From a virus, in IMG/VR virus record IMGVR_UViG_3300029951_000007: a DNA stretch of 64,000 bases. One strand, given 5' to 3'. Within the stretch, counting starts at the first letter, position 1. Every line of letters begins with the position of its first letter. Under the pieces are notes generated by a model, which saw only the letters and a program-made list of their open reading frames with translations, ran no database searches and was not told the origin of the DNA. Both the position numbers and the translations under genes were made by a program. Below are positions 17,245 to 26,701 of this stretch, one piece after another.

Positions 17245-19474
17245 TCCGTACCCAGAGGGCCACGAACTAGACATCTATCCAGCCGGGTTGGCCGGATTCA
17301 AGATACCGTACTTCACGCTGGACGGCAAGGTAGATACGAGCGTGTATCGTTTCCGTTTGCTACAGAGCAAGCCCAGTAAAGGCTGGAAGTCTGTTACCGA
17401 AGAAGCGGAGAAGCCAAGACGCTACACCCAACCACAAGGCACCCAGTGCGGAGTGTATCTCTCGCCCATATTAAAGAATATGGATGGCGCGCCACTGACC
17501 TGGAAGGAAGTGGCCAGGAATACAAAGATACCCATCGTCATAACCGAAGGTGAGCTCAAAGCTGCTTGCGCCTGTAAGCTGGGCTTCCCAACTATAGGAT
17601 TGGGTGGCGTCTACAACTGGCGCTCGTCAAAGCAAGGATTTGATTTACTACCCATTCTGGAGAAGTTTGATTGGCACGACCGCAATATCTACATCGCGTT
17701 TGACAGTGACACGAAGACCAATCCAATGGTGCGTATGGCGGCTTCACGCTTGGCCTGGACACTAGGAGTGCGTAGCGGTCTGGTTAATATGATGGAATTA
17801 CCGGAGGGCGAAGAAGCCAAGAAGCAGGGTCTGGACGACCTAATCTTCTCGAAGGCGACCACCGGAGGGCGAAGTGCTAAGAATCTGAGCACGCTAACAC
17901 CAGACGCGCAGATATTGGCGGTTGATGCTGCTGACTTCACGGCAGGTGTTGAAGTAGTCGGCGAGCTTGTCGTGAACAGTAAGAGCATCGGCCCGGGAAA
18001 AGAGCTGCACCGGCTCAACAGCGAGGTAGGGTTGGTACGTAAAACCAACGAGATCGTGGAAATTCTCACTGGTAATGTATACACCCCAGCCGCGTTCACG
18101 GAATCATTGTACAAGAATCGCACGTACACTGATAATACAGAGACAGAGAACGCACGCATGCAGCGTAAGTTCGCGGCTAAGGAATGGCTGGCCATTGAAG
18201 AACGCACGGAGTTCAGCGAGTTTGCGTACGACCCAAGCTGTAATCGCATCGTCACTGATAGCGGCGCGTACAATACGTGGTATCCGCAACGCTGGGCTAT
18301 TGAGCCATCCAAGCATCTACGTGACTCAGTCACTGGGGCTAAGAAGTTGGTATCGATAGCACCGTGGGAGACACTATTCAACCACGTATTCCAAACCCTT
18401 ACAGATGAGCAACGCCAATGGATGAAGTGTTGGTTAGCGTACCCCATTCAGTTCCCGGGCACCAAGTTATTCACAGCCATATTGGTTTGGGGCCGTACCA
18501 CCGGCACCGGCAAGTCGCGCATCGGTGAGACGATGAAGACCATCTACGGCAAGAATTACACCATGATCAACAACGCCCATTTGACAGCCAATTTCAACGA
18601 GTGGGCAGAGAATAAGCAATTCATCGTGGGCGATGAGATTTCGTTGGGCGATAAGCGTGGTGTAGCCAATACCTTGAAGGGCATGATTACCGGTACGACC
18701 ATTCGGTTGAACATCAAGAATCGCAAGAGCTACGACATAACAGATTGCATCAATTACTACTTTAGCAGTAACCATGAAGACGCCATGTACCTGGAGAATC
18801 ACGATCGGCGGTACTTCATCGTACACGCCGACATTGAGCGGCTTCCAGGGTCGTTCTACACCGATTACATGCAATGGCTGGACCACGAAGGGGGGGCCGC
18901 GCGGCTGTTCCATTATCTGAAGTACGAAGTGAACGTTGACGCACACGAACTGGTTGTTTCGGCCGACACGCCTGGAGCCGTGCGCAGAGGTAACAGTTGG
19001 GTGAAGGAAGTAGCGGCTTTCAATCCCAAGGGCGAAGCTCCTGTTACCACTGCCAAGCTCGAGATGATGGCTAGTGGGCGGTCCGACGTGGAGGATTGGG
19101 CGTTCGGCTTGAAGGCTGATCCCGATAAGCAATTAGGTGCCGGGCCTAAGCGGGTGTACGACCTGTACACGACAAAAGAATTGTTGGCCTTTTACGATAA
19201 AGGCGATGGTAAGGTTAAGTCTAACGGCATGGCGCGCGCGTTGAATGCGGCTGGTGTGTTCAAGTGTGCCAACGGATCAAATCATGTGCAGATAGCTGGT
19301 AGCCGTGACGTCGTTTACGCGGTGCGCAACGTCGACAAGTACAAACGGTCAGGACCAGCAGAGATATCGAAGGCTTACGCGTTTGAACGTCGTAACGAGT
19401 TCGTTCCACCATCTGAGCGAGTCGGCAAGAGTGAGAAGTTCGTGTCCTCGACGGCCAAGGCGCGCTTGAATTAG
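17183..19474 (+). CDS. primase-helicase (Toprim/DUF3854-like N-terminus + D5/P4-type SF3 helicase)
   Basis: Toprim-like VITEGELKAACA and IYIAFDSD. Walker A is GRTTGTGKSRIGE and Walker B is FIVGDEISL. The start is uncertain, either ATG 17183 or GTG 17099. Confidence 0.8.
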   Translation: MLKKAATSCLSPADVKALQFDPYPEGHELDIYPAGLAGFKIPYFTLDGKVDTSVYRFRLLQSKPSKGWKSVTEEAEKPRRYTQPQGTQCGVYLSPILKNMDGAPLTWKEVARNTKIPIVITEGELKAACACKLGFPTIGLGGVYNWRSSKQGFDLLPILEKFDWHDRNIYIAFDSDTKTNPMVRMAASRLAWTLGVRSGLVNMMELPEGEEAKKQGLDDLIFSKATTGGRSAKNLSTLTPDAQILAVDAADFTAGVEVVGELVVNSKSIGPGKELHRLNSEVGLVRKTNEIVEILTGNVYTPAAFTESLYKNRTYTDNTETENARMQRKFAAKEWLAIEERTEFSEFAYDPSCNRIVTDSGAYNTWYPQRWAIEPSKHLRDSVTGAKKLVSIAPWETLFNHVFQTLTDEQRQWMKCWLAYPIQFPGTKLFTAILVWGRTTGTGKSRIGETMKTIYGKNYTMINNAHLTANFNEWAENKQFIVGDEISLGDKRGVANTLKGMITGTTIRLNIKNRKSYDITDCINYYFSSNHEDAMYLENHDRRYFIVHADIERLPGSFYTDYMQWLDHEGGAARLFHYLKYEVNVDAHELVVSADTPGAVRRGNSWVKEVAAFNPKGEAPVTTAKLEMMASGRSDVEDWAFGLKADPDKQLGAGPKRVYDLYTTKELLAFYDKGDGKVKSNGMARALNAAGVFKCANGSNHVQIAGSRDVVYAVRNVDKYKRSGPAEISKAYAFERRNEFVPPSERVGKSEKFVSSTAKARLN

Positions 19475-19535
19475 AGGCTGGGTTGCTCGGCCCGCGCTGT
19501 AATTTTACGAAATTCCTCAGGAAATCGGTAGGGGT

Positions 19536-19541
19536 TATAAT
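19536..19541 (+). promoter_or_regulatory. TATAAT box, recurrent motif
   Basis: GGGGTTATAATCAATAC, 21 nt before the RBS and ATG at 19562. Confidence 0.4.
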
Positions 19542-19561
19542 CAATACAGAGGTACAAGAGA

Positions 19562-19957
19562 ATGGCTGCTAAGAAAAGAGAACTGACCGCGCCACAGCAG
19601 ATGTGGGTGGACGCGCTGACTAGCGGGAAATACAGATGGGCCACGGACAGTCTACAGTCCGACGACGGCAAGAGGCAGTATTGCTGTCTTGGCGTGGCGT
19701 GTGTGGTGGCCGAGCAGCAGGGCGTTCACGTCAAGCGCACTGACGGTCGCATCGACGGCACATCGCTGGAGGACCAACACGCTGTGCGGAAGTGGCTGGG
19801 GCTGCGCACCGACACAGGCGACTTTTCCGACTACGACAGTTTGACGGAGTATAACGACGAGTCGAAGCGCAACCCGTTCAAGAAGATCGCGGCGCTGATC
19901 GTGGAGAGATCGGACGTGTTGTTCGTGGCGCAGCGGAAGAGGGCGGTGAAGAGATGA
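19562..19957 (+). CDS. CCLGVAC-motif family protein (paralog 1)
   Basis: PQQMWVDALTSGKYRW...YCCLGVACVVAEQQGV. It is homologous by eye to 20530..21114. Confidence 0.6.
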   Translation: MAAKKRELTAPQQMWVDALTSGKYRWATDSLQSDDGKRQYCCLGVACVVAEQQGVHVKRTDGRIDGTSLEDQHAVRKWLGLRTDTGDFSDYDSLTEYNDESKRNPFKKIAALIVERSDVLFVAQRKRAVKR

Positions 19958-20364
19958 CAGAAATGACGCCGTTGCACGAGTATCGCCTGAATGGCAAGAA
20001 GGTCTCTAAGAAGAAGCACGACCAGGTCGTGGACACCATCGTTGCAAAATACGGCAAGAGCCCGGACAGCACCAGTCAGCAGCTGTTTTCTGTGCCGTAT
20101 GGCCTCGGACGCGGCGTGCGCGCGCTCGACGTGCAGGCCGTGTTCGGCAAGGGCAGGTTGACGCCCAGCGAGCGCGCCATTACGGCTGCGATATTGGCAT
20201 TCGTGCGTGCCGGTGAGACCGGGCCGAAGAGCGGAGATGCGGCGATCCTGCCATTCATCATGCATTACTGTCTGGTGAATGGTCTGTCATACACGCTTCA
20301 TTCCATGGTCGCTTCGGGACACAAGAAGCGCGCCTGGAAGCTGGTGCTGGAGGTTGCCAAGTGA
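19954..20364 (+). CDS. hypothetical protein
   Basis: Track ORF with an ATGA overlap. Confidence 0.5.
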   Translation: MTEMTPLHEYRLNGKKVSKKKHDQVVDTIVAKYGKSPDSTSQQLFSVPYGLGRGVRALDVQAVFGKGRLTPSERAITAAILAFVRAGETGPKSGDAAILPFIMHYCLVNGLSYTLHSMVASGHKKRAWKLVLEVAK

Positions 20365-20540
20365 AGACGCCGACGCGCTGGAACCCCAATAGATTGTCGT
20401 TTCTGCCCGGAGAAATGCGCCCTTCCAAACACGGCGAGTACGTGCGGTGGGAGGACTACGAGGCTTTGCTGAAGAAACTGAAGAAACTGAAGGAACTGAA
20501 GAAACTGAAGGAGGCGAGAGGAGAGCACCATGGCAACTGA
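20361..20540 (+). CDS. 59-aa protein with (LKK)5 repeat
   Basis: GTG start in a GTGA overlap. Translation: MKTPTRWNPNRLSFLPGEMRPSKHGEYVRWEDYEALLKKLKKLKELKKLKEARGEHHGN. Confidence 0.4.
   Translation: MKTPTRWNPNRLSFLPGEMRPSKHGEYVRWEDYEALLKKLKKLKELKKLKEARGEHHGN
20469..20513 (+). repeat. 9-nt tandem repeat x5 (CTGAAGAAA)
   Basis: The sequence reads ctgaagaaa ctgaagaaa ctgaaggaa ctgaagaaa ctgaaggag and encodes LKK/LKE repeats. Confidence 0.9.
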
Positions 20541-21114
20541 GTTGACAGAACCGCAGAAGCTGTGGGTGGCCGCGTTGCGTAGCGGCGAGTATGGGTGGGC
20601 GAAGTCCACGTTGCAGATGGAGGGCGACAGGTATTGCTGCCTTGGCGTGGCGTGCGTCGTGGCCGAGAAGCACGGCGTGACTGTCCACCGCGTCAGTATC
20701 GACGGTGCCGACTTTCTGAAGGGCGGCGCGCTGGAGGATCAGCCCGAGGTAATGGATTGGTTGGGGCTGCGCGACGACAACGGTGCCTTCACGGTGCCAC
20801 TGACGAACCCGGTCGCGGATATGGGGTGCGTAGTGGGTCTGGACCGTTCGCGCGTGCTGCTGACGTACACGAACGATCAGTCGCCGGAAGTGCCCTTCTC
20901 CAAGATCGCGGACATCATTGAGACCAGGCCCGAGGGCTTGTTCGTCGACCCACCAGTCGCCGGGATTCAGGACGAAGTCATGCTGGTCGAGGACTCTACA
21001 GCGCCGAAGTCGTTGGAGCAGGCCATGACGGAGCAGCCGGAGTTCCTGACCCTGGAGGATCTGATTGATGCGCCACCGGCCAGCCTCGTACGGCCCACGG
21101 AGGACATAGAGTGA
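20530..21114 (+). CDS. CCLGVAC-motif family protein (paralog 2)
   Basis: PQKLWVAALRSGEYGW...YCCLGVACVVAEKHGV, with an acidic C-terminal extension. Confidence 0.6.
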   Translation: MATELTEPQKLWVAALRSGEYGWAKSTLQMEGDRYCCLGVACVVAEKHGVTVHRVSIDGADFLKGGALEDQPEVMDWLGLRDDNGAFTVPLTNPVADMGCVVGLDRSRVLLTYTNDQSPEVPFSKIADIIETRPEGLFVDPPVAGIQDEVMLVEDSTAPKSLEQAMTEQPEFLTLEDLIDAPPASLVRPTEDIE

Positions 21115-21296
21115 TGAAGCAGACCTACGCAATACTTCGCTGCCACGCCGAGGGCGAAGAGTATCGTATTGTGCAGGACGGCTACCCCACACGCGCCGTC
21201 GCGCTACGAGCGGCCAAGGCGATGAAGATTGCGGCTACGAAGCTCGGCGGCAGCTGGGCCGACCGGTTCTTTGTCTGTATTCTGGAGGCGGTATGA
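21111..21296 (+). CDS. hypothetical protein
   Basis: Track ORF with an ATGA overlap. Confidence 0.45.
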   Translation: MMKQTYAILRCHAEGEEYRIVQDGYPTRAVALRAAKAMKIAATKLGGSWADRFFVCILEAV

Positions 21297-21431
21297 ACGT
21301 CGAGGACCTTGCCCGGCTGGCGCGCAGATCTGGCAGTACATGCAGGACGTCGAGGACAGCGGCGAGTGCAAGCCCGACAGCGAGATAAGGGCGGAGAGCG
21401 TGCCGGCAACTCCGGCGAGGTTGAGGTTGTG

Positions 21432-21878
21432 ATGGAGCAGGGCGCGAGGCACCACATGGCAGAGTGGAGTGCACAGCAAGTGCAAAAGGTAGAAGCAAAG
21501 TTGATTCAGAAGGCCCGGGAGCATGGCGCCATACTCTCGTTCGAGAAGCCCAAGAAGCTGCGGCCCACGACCGAGCACGCCGAGGAGTATCAGTCCGACA
21601 CCAATATAGCCGGAACCTACGTGCCGAATATGTCCGAGGCCGACAAGCTGAAGTGGAAGGCCAAGCGCGTGAAGAGCGGGGACGATCCGCGCGTCGAGAT
21701 TCGCAAGACGCTTAGCGGCGCTGCTGGGTTGTACGCGCAGGTGCTGCTGGTTGTGCGAAAGGACAGCGTGGTGATGTCGGCCAACGGCAAGATGGGATTC
21801 TCCAACCTGGATTGGATGAACCTGCTGGAAGCCGTGGCCGAGGCGCACGTGGCGCTCCACGAGAAGGAGGCGGTATGA
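21432..21878 (+). CDS. hypothetical 148-aa protein
   Basis: Internal ATG (MEQGARHHMAEW...) of track ORF 21309..21878. Confidence 0.5.
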   Translation: MEQGARHHMAEWSAQQVQKVEAKLIQKAREHGAILSFEKPKKLRPTTEHAEEYQSDTNIAGTYVPNMSEADKLKWKAKRVKSGDDPRVEIRKTLSGAAGLYAQVLLVVRKDSVVMSANGKMGFSNLDWMNLLEAVAEAHVALHEKEAV

Positions 21879-22090
21879 GAAGAGCGGACATCTTGTTCTT
21901 TACGTCGGTGTTCTTGATGGTCGGCGGCATTGTCGAGGAATCGATGGGCCGCGTTTGGCTGGACGACTTGCTCGTGGCGATTCTGTTCGCACTGTTCGGC
22001 ATCGCGCAGCTTATCCACAATGCGTCGTGTGGCACCCAGGTCAGCCATCAGGTGGCCATCACGGTACCAAGGAAGGAGGAGGAGAAGTGA
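21875..22090 (+). CDS. small membrane protein
   Basis: MRRADILFFTSVFLMVGGIV... contains two hydrophobic segments. It forms an ATGA overlap. Confidence 0.45.
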   Translation: MRRADILFFTSVFLMVGGIVEESMGRVWLDDLLVAILFALFGIAQLIHNASCGTQVSHQVAITVPRKEEEK

Positions 22091-22323
22091 GAGCCCGAGG
22101 CAAGCGCCTGGAAGATATCGACCCGGTATGGCTGTGCTGCGACGCCATGCGCGCGGAAGGCAAGCAGTACGAGTGCCAGGTGATGGAGCTGGAGGGACCG
22201 CCACTCGAGGTGCGAGGCATCTGCAAGTACTGTGGCGTGGAGAAGGTCGGCATAGCCTACAGGATCGTCGGCGAGCCTCGCGGATCATTCATCTTCACCA
22301 TTGACATAGAGGAGGGAACGTGA
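22087..22323 (+). CDS. hypothetical Cys-containing protein
   Basis: GTG start in a GTGA overlap, in frame with track ORF 21955..22323. Confidence 0.4.
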   Translation: MRARGKRLEDIDPVWLCCDAMRAEGKQYECQVMELEGPPLEVRGICKYCGVEKVGIAYRIVGEPRGSFIFTIDIEEGT

Positions 22324-22466
22324 AGCGCTGCGCCACGTGCGGTCAACCACTGTACTACGACGGCAAGCGGTGGTGGCACATGTATAATGGTTATATAGGC
22401 CAGGCAACACTGAATCAGTATTTGACGGCGGCTGGACTTCGCTGCTTTGGGAAGGGGAGGCCGTGA
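22320..22466 (+). CDS. 48-aa zinc-ribbon-like protein
   Basis: Own translation: MKRCATCGQPLYYDGKRWWHMYNG.... GTGA overlaps occur at both ends. Confidence 0.35.
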   Translation: MKRCATCGQPLYYDGKRWWHMYNGYIGQATLNQYLTAAGLRCFGKGRP

Positions 22467-22756
22467 AGAAGGCATTCCAGGCCAAGCACATCGATGACAA
22501 GGCAGTCATCAAGGTGATGGTGATCCTTTGTGAAAAGAATCAGCGACGGTCGCCAGACAACCCGTACTTCGCAGTTTGCAGCCGCTGGGAGGTTGTAGAT
22601 GCATTTGCGCCCATACCGTGGAAGCTGATTCAGGCCAAGCTCACGGCTCTGCACCGAAAGGGATTTATCACGGACGGCTGCGTCGGGTGCACGTGCTCCA
22701 CCGGCTTCAAGGTCGGCGACGCCGGAATGGCGCTATTGGAACAGCCGCCTGAGTAG
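22463..22756 (+). CDS. hypothetical protein (possible winged-helix)
   Basis: Track ORF. Confidence 0.5.
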   Translation: MKKAFQAKHIDDKAVIKVMVILCEKNQRRSPDNPYFAVCSRWEVVDAFAPIPWKLIQAKLTALHRKGFITDGCVGCTCSTGFKVGDAGMALLEQPPE

Positions 22757-22804
22757 CTGGCGGGAGTCAGCGAGAAGGTTTGCAGAAGAACTGGAGGATG
22801 AGGA

Positions 22805-22966
22805 ATGTTGATTACATATCGAATGTGGATGGTGCTCTTTTGGAGCTCGACAGCAATCCCTCTAGAGCTACTTATGTTCTGGGCGTGGTATTGGCTAGAG
22901 CCAAAATTAGAAGCTAGAAAGCGACGCGGTTATAGGATCGGAAACGCCTTTGATAGTCCAAGATAG
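22805..22966 (+). CDS. 53-aa membrane protein in lower-GC spacer
   Basis: Own translation: MLITYRMWMVLFWSSTAIPLELLMFWAWYWLEPKLEARKRRGYRIGNAFDSPR. A GGAGGATGAGGA RBS precedes it. Confidence 0.35.
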   Translation: MLITYRMWMVLFWSSTAIPLELLMFWAWYWLEPKLEARKRRGYRIGNAFDSPR

Positions 22967-23037
22967 GCCCCCACCGACCAAAGTAGCTGGCAGGAGTCGT
23001 ACCTGCAATTTCTGTTGGAGCAAGAGGAGGAACTTTC

Positions 23038-23241
23038 GTGAGTGTTACCCGAGATGAAGTAAGGCACGGGAATACGCTGTTGATCCCAGTGAAGGGTCAT
23101 GGTATGCAGAAGGTGATGCTGGGAGACGTGAGCAATGGCGTAGCCCTCTACGTTCTCCTCGACATTGAGGATAGTGATTTCTTTACTTTGCCGGTTGAGG
23201 AAATAATGCAGCACGCAGAGCCATCTAAGGAGACCCCATGA
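23038..23241 (+). CDS. hypothetical protein
   Basis: Track ORF with a GTG start. Confidence 0.45.
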   Translation: MSVTRDEVRHGNTLLIPVKGHGMQKVMLGDVSNGVALYVLLDIEDSDFFTLPVEEIMQHAEPSKETP

Positions 23242-23519
23242 AGGCAATAGCACTCTTGATGTTTAGCGTGGCACTCACGGCGGGATGCCAAACCGTAGAG
23301 GATGACACGTTGTCTGTAGTGAACGCTCGTAAAGCTGAGTATGTTCGCACCCACGATTGCAAAAAGATCGAGTATATTCCTGCCTCTGATACGATGAGCT
23401 TGGACGGCAAGGTCGTGCCCGATACGGGATTTTGGGTCTGGGAATGCAAAGGCATCGGAAACCAAATCTACGTGCACGACACGCCATACCCACCCAAGCC
23501 AGCAGCCCCAAAGCACTAA
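23238..23519 (+). CDS. lipoprotein
   Basis: MKAIALLMFSVALTAGCQ is a signal peptide with an LTAGC lipobox. Confidence 0.6.
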   Translation: MKAIALLMFSVALTAGCQTVEDDTLSVVNARKAEYVRTHDCKKIEYIPASDTMSLDGKVVPDTGFWVWECKGIGNQIYVHDTPYPPKPAAPKH

Positions 23520-23549
23520 CCCCAGCTACGACAAAGGAATGGAGAGACC

Positions 23550-23741
23550 ATGAGCGAGAAGATTTGGATAGCGAAGGACGGATTTCCCGTTGAACACATC
23601 GAGGGACGTTGGTTTACCAACTGGCTGTGCGACCTGATCCACGGTCGAGAATTGATGACGCGGGACGAATGGAATGAGGAGCAGCACAGGCGTCGAGTTG
23701 CGAGTGCACTAATGGGCGGATCATCCACGCGCCTTCCTTGA
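23550..23741 (+). CDS. hypothetical protein
   Basis: Track ORF with a GGAG RBS. Confidence 0.45.
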   Translation: MSEKIWIAKDGFPVEHIEGRWFTNWLCDLIHGRELMTRDEWNEEQHRRRVASALMGGSSTRLP

Positions 23742-23792
23742 ACCCCCCGTAGCAAAGAACTGATGCGCTACTGCGTGAAATGAGGAAATGAA

Positions 23793-24017
23793 ATGAGTCT
23801 CGGGACCGAGCCGGTGATTACGGTGAATGGCGTTACGCTTAGCACGGCTGAAGCTATGACGATGCGGGTTGCGCTTGGATCGTTCCTCATCTCCCTTCAG
23901 GAAGGACTGGGAGACGATGAGACCGGGAAATCCATCACTCGTGGGTACAAACGGTGCGCGGATAATATCCACCAATTTATGTTTCGCACACCACCTGAAC
24001 CAACACCTAAGCATTAG
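23793..24017 (+). CDS. hypothetical protein
   Basis: Track ORF. Confidence 0.45.
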   Translation: MSLGTEPVITVNGVTLSTAEAMTMRVALGSFLISLQEGLGDDETGKSITRGYKRCADNIHQFMFRTPPEPTPKH

Positions 24018-24042
24018 GGGCGTTAGCCCTTGGAGGAGAGAG

Positions 24043-24264
24043 ATGGCAAATGAAGAGTTTCATGGATTGAGTGTTGATCTCACGAATTGCTTGGCGCAAC
24101 GCAACCGAGAACTTGCTGAGGCGAAGAAAGCTATCGGAGCTTTGATTGTCACTACGGTATTGCCGAAAGCCGATAAACAAAGAGCCCTAGTTCAAGGACG
24201 CGACTGGCTAAAACGCTACAACGATCGAATGCATCCCCCTCGGTTTGCACCTGAAGCAAAGTAG
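24043..24264 (+). CDS. hypothetical protein
   Basis: Internal ATG (MANEEFHG...) with a GGAGGAGAG RBS. Confidence 0.45.
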   Translation: MANEEFHGLSVDLTNCLAQRNRELAEAKKAIGALIVTTVLPKADKQRALVQGRDWLKRYNDRMHPPRFAPEAK

Positions 24265-24289
24265 TCCCACCACACCATAAGGAGCAGAG

Positions 24290-24928
24290 ATGGCAGACGT
24301 AGAAGAGATGAAGGAATTGTGCGAGTGCGGCTGCCAGAAGGGTTGGCATAGTTTGTCGTCGCAGGAATGGTTGCCATCAAAGTCAGGCTGCCTCTCAGGA
24401 TCAAGGTGCGGCTGCACTAAATTCAAGGCCAAGCTCCCAGCAGATGCTAGCCCCTCAGAGCCGCAGGATGCGTGCGAAGGCGGCAAGTGCTGGCTCAACC
24501 CTGAAAGCGGATGGCTTGAAGCATGTACGAAGCACGAAGGGGTGTTCATGGACAAGATGATGGAGAAAGAGGCAGCCCCAACAGCAGCAGGGAGCGAGGA
24601 GCCGAAGCCGCTCAAGTTCAACCTTGAGAATCCAGGAGAGATGATTGCCGCGTCTGGAGCGGTGAAAGCATTACATGACGCTGGATATAGGGCGGCTCCT
24701 GTGGCATCCCAAGCCCCAGCCCCGAAGCGGCCTGAGGCTATCAAAGATGCTGGATTGGGAAAGAAGTATTGGGCACACGAAGCCGACGCCTACATGGATT
24801 ATCAAGAAGGTCTAGCGAAGCGTCTTTATGTCGCCCTCAACGCGATGAAGATGTACGCAGACGAGGAGCATAAAGGTCTAAAGATAGCCGACGATGTTCT
24901 TAGGGAGTACGAGGCCAACCATGAATAA
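24290..24928 (+). CDS. hypothetical Cys-rich protein
   Basis: Track ORF. The N-terminus carries a CECGC...C..C.C cluster. Confidence 0.55.
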   Translation: MADVEEMKELCECGCQKGWHSLSSQEWLPSKSGCLSGSRCGCTKFKAKLPADASPSEPQDACEGGKCWLNPESGWLEACTKHEGVFMDKMMEKEAAPTAAGSEEPKPLKFNLENPGEMIAASGAVKALHDAGYRAAPVASQAPAPKRPEAIKDAGLGKKYWAHEADAYMDYQEGLAKRLYVALNAMKMYADEEHKGLKIADDVLREYEANHE

Positions 24929-25103
24929 GCCCCTCACCCCGACACCGAAAACAGAAGCGGAAGTCATTGCTGGCATGGACGATAGTGACCTACTGCTTGC
25001 GGTAATAACTGGTTTTCCTTTCTGCCTTCTGTTTGAAATGGGGCGGTTCGCATTAGCTTGCCGGGAAGAATGGAGTAAGAGACGGAGAAAACCGAATGAA
25101 TAA
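24921..25103 (+). CDS. hypothetical membrane-associated 60-aa protein
   Basis: Internal ATG (MNKPLTPTP...) of track ORF 24894..25103. Confidence 0.4.
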   Translation: MNKPLTPTPKTEAEVIAGMDDSDLLLAVITGFPFCLLFEMGRFALACREEWSKRRRKPNE

Positions 25104-25220
25104 GACCCTAGCTGTTGCAGATTCTTGGCACCGCCAACGAGCACATCTACGGTGTGTGGCACGACGCGCGTGGAGGAAGACAATGAAAGAAATTAAAACG
25201 ACGCATGTAAAGAGGATACC

Positions 25221-25508
25221 ATGACACTGCTACTGCACGGCGCGCTCCTACTCGGGCTATCCACGCAACCCAACAATCATCACGACCCGTTCTGGAGCTA
25301 CGACCCGTCGGCCAACGAACTGGAGTATTGGATCGCCCCGGCTGGCGAGGCATACCATACGTGCGGCTTCGTGTCGGCGTACCACGGCATGTTTATGGCC
25401 GACGCGCTATATAGCGGAGGCGCGAAGGACTCGGTTTCGAGGGAGTTCAACGTCGTGGACAAGGCGGAGGAGTTCGTGGAGTACCAGTGCGACGCGAGGA
25501 GGGACTGA
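25221..25508 (+). CDS. hypothetical protein
   Basis: Track ORF. Confidence 0.5.
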   Translation: MTLLLHGALLLGLSTQPNNHHDPFWSYDPSANELEYWIAPAGEAYHTCGFVSAYHGMFMADALYSGGAKDSVSREFNVVDKAEEFVEYQCDARRD

Positions 25509-25688
25509 TGAGCGAAGTTGTCGTGAGAGTGGACAAACCAAAGCAACGATGTGTGAACGCCAGAGGCCTGATATTTGTAGATGGACGCGACGCGCCGTGC
25601 CAAAGACGCTTGTCGGTGAGTTGTTTCTGGATGCTGCGCTACAAGAGGACGCAAGGAATGGCTACGTGCCGTGGATCGAGGAGAAGTG

Positions 25689-25970
25689 ATGGCGAAACTA
25701 GGAATGCGCGGCATTGTGGAAGCGAAGGTAACGATGGAAATTACGGAAGCTGAGGCCGGCGCGCTGGACGCACTGGTCGGATACGGCTTCGAGCCGTTCA
25801 AGAAGGTGTTCTACGAGAAGCTGGGCGCGGCGTACATGGAGCCGTACGAGGCCGGTCTGAAGTCACTGTTCGAGTCCGTGCGCGGAGGAGAGGCCGGCGT
25901 CAGCGGCTTCTTGCAGCGCGCCAAAGCCGCTCGGGCGGTGATGAACGGCACTTTGGAGGCGAGGAAATGA
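25689..25970 (+). CDS. hypothetical protein
   Basis: ATG at 25689 (MAKLGMRGIVE...) within track ORF 25671..25970. Confidence 0.5.
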   Translation: MAKLGMRGIVEAKVTMEITEAEAGALDALVGYGFEPFKKVFYEKLGAAYMEPYEAGLKSLFESVRGGEAGVSGFLQRAKAARAVMNGTLEARK

Positions 25971-26212
25971 GCAAATGGGCAACAAGGAACTTGCCGCGAC
26001 CGAATGCGTTCATCCAGTGGAAGGGTACCAATGTCTGCATGGACGTGTACTGCATTTGCGGCGAGCAATTCCACATAGACGCTGATTTCGCATATGCTGT
26101 TCGCTGTTGCCACTGCGGCAGAACGTATGAGATGTCGGCCATGATCGAGATGCGAGAGTTGAAGGATGGCGAGGTCTGGAAAGGCTGCGCGCCGAGGGAG
26201 GATAAGGGATGA
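25967..26212 (+). CDS. zinc-finger-like hypothetical protein
   Basis: CICGEQFH...CCHCGRTYE. ATGA overlap. Confidence 0.5.
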   Translation: MSKWATRNLPRPNAFIQWKGTNVCMDVYCICGEQFHIDADFAYAVRCCHCGRTYEMSAMIEMRELKDGEVWKGCAPREDKG

Positions 26213-26490
26213 CATTTGAGATGCTTTGCTGGGGCGAGAACACCGAGCTCCGGTTGCTGGACGAGATAGGCTGCTGCAGGCAGGTATGGGTGAAAACCGT
26301 TCCGGCGGTCTTCACGGTGGCCGTGGAGTTTCCTGTCAACGCCAAGGTGCTGTTCTGGGCCATGGTACTGCGCAGCGAACCGCCTTACATCGGCGGTGTG
26401 TGGGCGCACATGCATCCGTACACTGTCGGCCGCGAACTGCTGCTTGTCGAGGCCAGGAAGGAGCTAGAGAATGCCGGAGTCAAAGCGTGA
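26209..26490 (+). CDS. hypothetical protein
   Basis: Track ORF with an ATGA overlap. Confidence 0.5.
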   Translation: MTFEMLCWGENTELRLLDEIGCCRQVWVKTVPAVFTVAVEFPVNAKVLFWAMVLRSEPPYIGGVWAHMHPYTVGRELLLVEARKELENAGVKA

Positions 26491-26701
26491 CCTTTGGATC
26501 GTGGAGTTGCAACGCGAAGAAGGAGAAGCGGTGCTGTCCGTGTTGGACACTCACCAGAAGGCGCACGGCTGGTACGACCACACTTGCGCTCTTTGCAGGG
26601 CGCGGTCTCGCGTATCTATTGGGCGCGACTACACCGCGCTGCAAGGGCTGACGCCCGAGGCGAAGAAGCAGGTAAAGGAGGAGTTGGAATGGCCGACCTA
26701 A
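26471..26701 (+). CDS. hypothetical protein
   Basis: Track ORF. Confidence 0.45.
   Translation: MPESKRDLWIVELQREEGEAVLSVLDTHQKAHGWYDHTCALCRARSRVSIGRDYTALQGLTPEAKKQVKEELEWPT

Noticed and set aside
20287-21192. 301-aa minus-strand ORF. Similar long antisense ORFs occur at 28745..29692, 36205..37167, 45092..46085 and 45920..46837.
   Set aside because: Each is antisense to several tightly coupled plus-strand genes with recognisable motifs or RBSs. Their composition is low-complexity.
25096-25224. 42-aa basic ORF between 24921..25103 and 25221..25508.
   Set aside because: It is very short with Arg/Lys/His-rich composition. Only positional coupling supports it.
25508-25689. Unclear coding between 25221..25508 and 25689..25970. 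The ATG at 25508 opens a frame whose later part looks non-protein-like. A second frame (ATG at 25549, ...LVGELFLDAALQEDARNGYVPWIEEK) ends in a TGATG overlap with the next gene.
   Set aside because: I cannot decide by eye between a 46-aa gene, a frameshifted gene or the 88-aa track ORF, so I annotated none of them.
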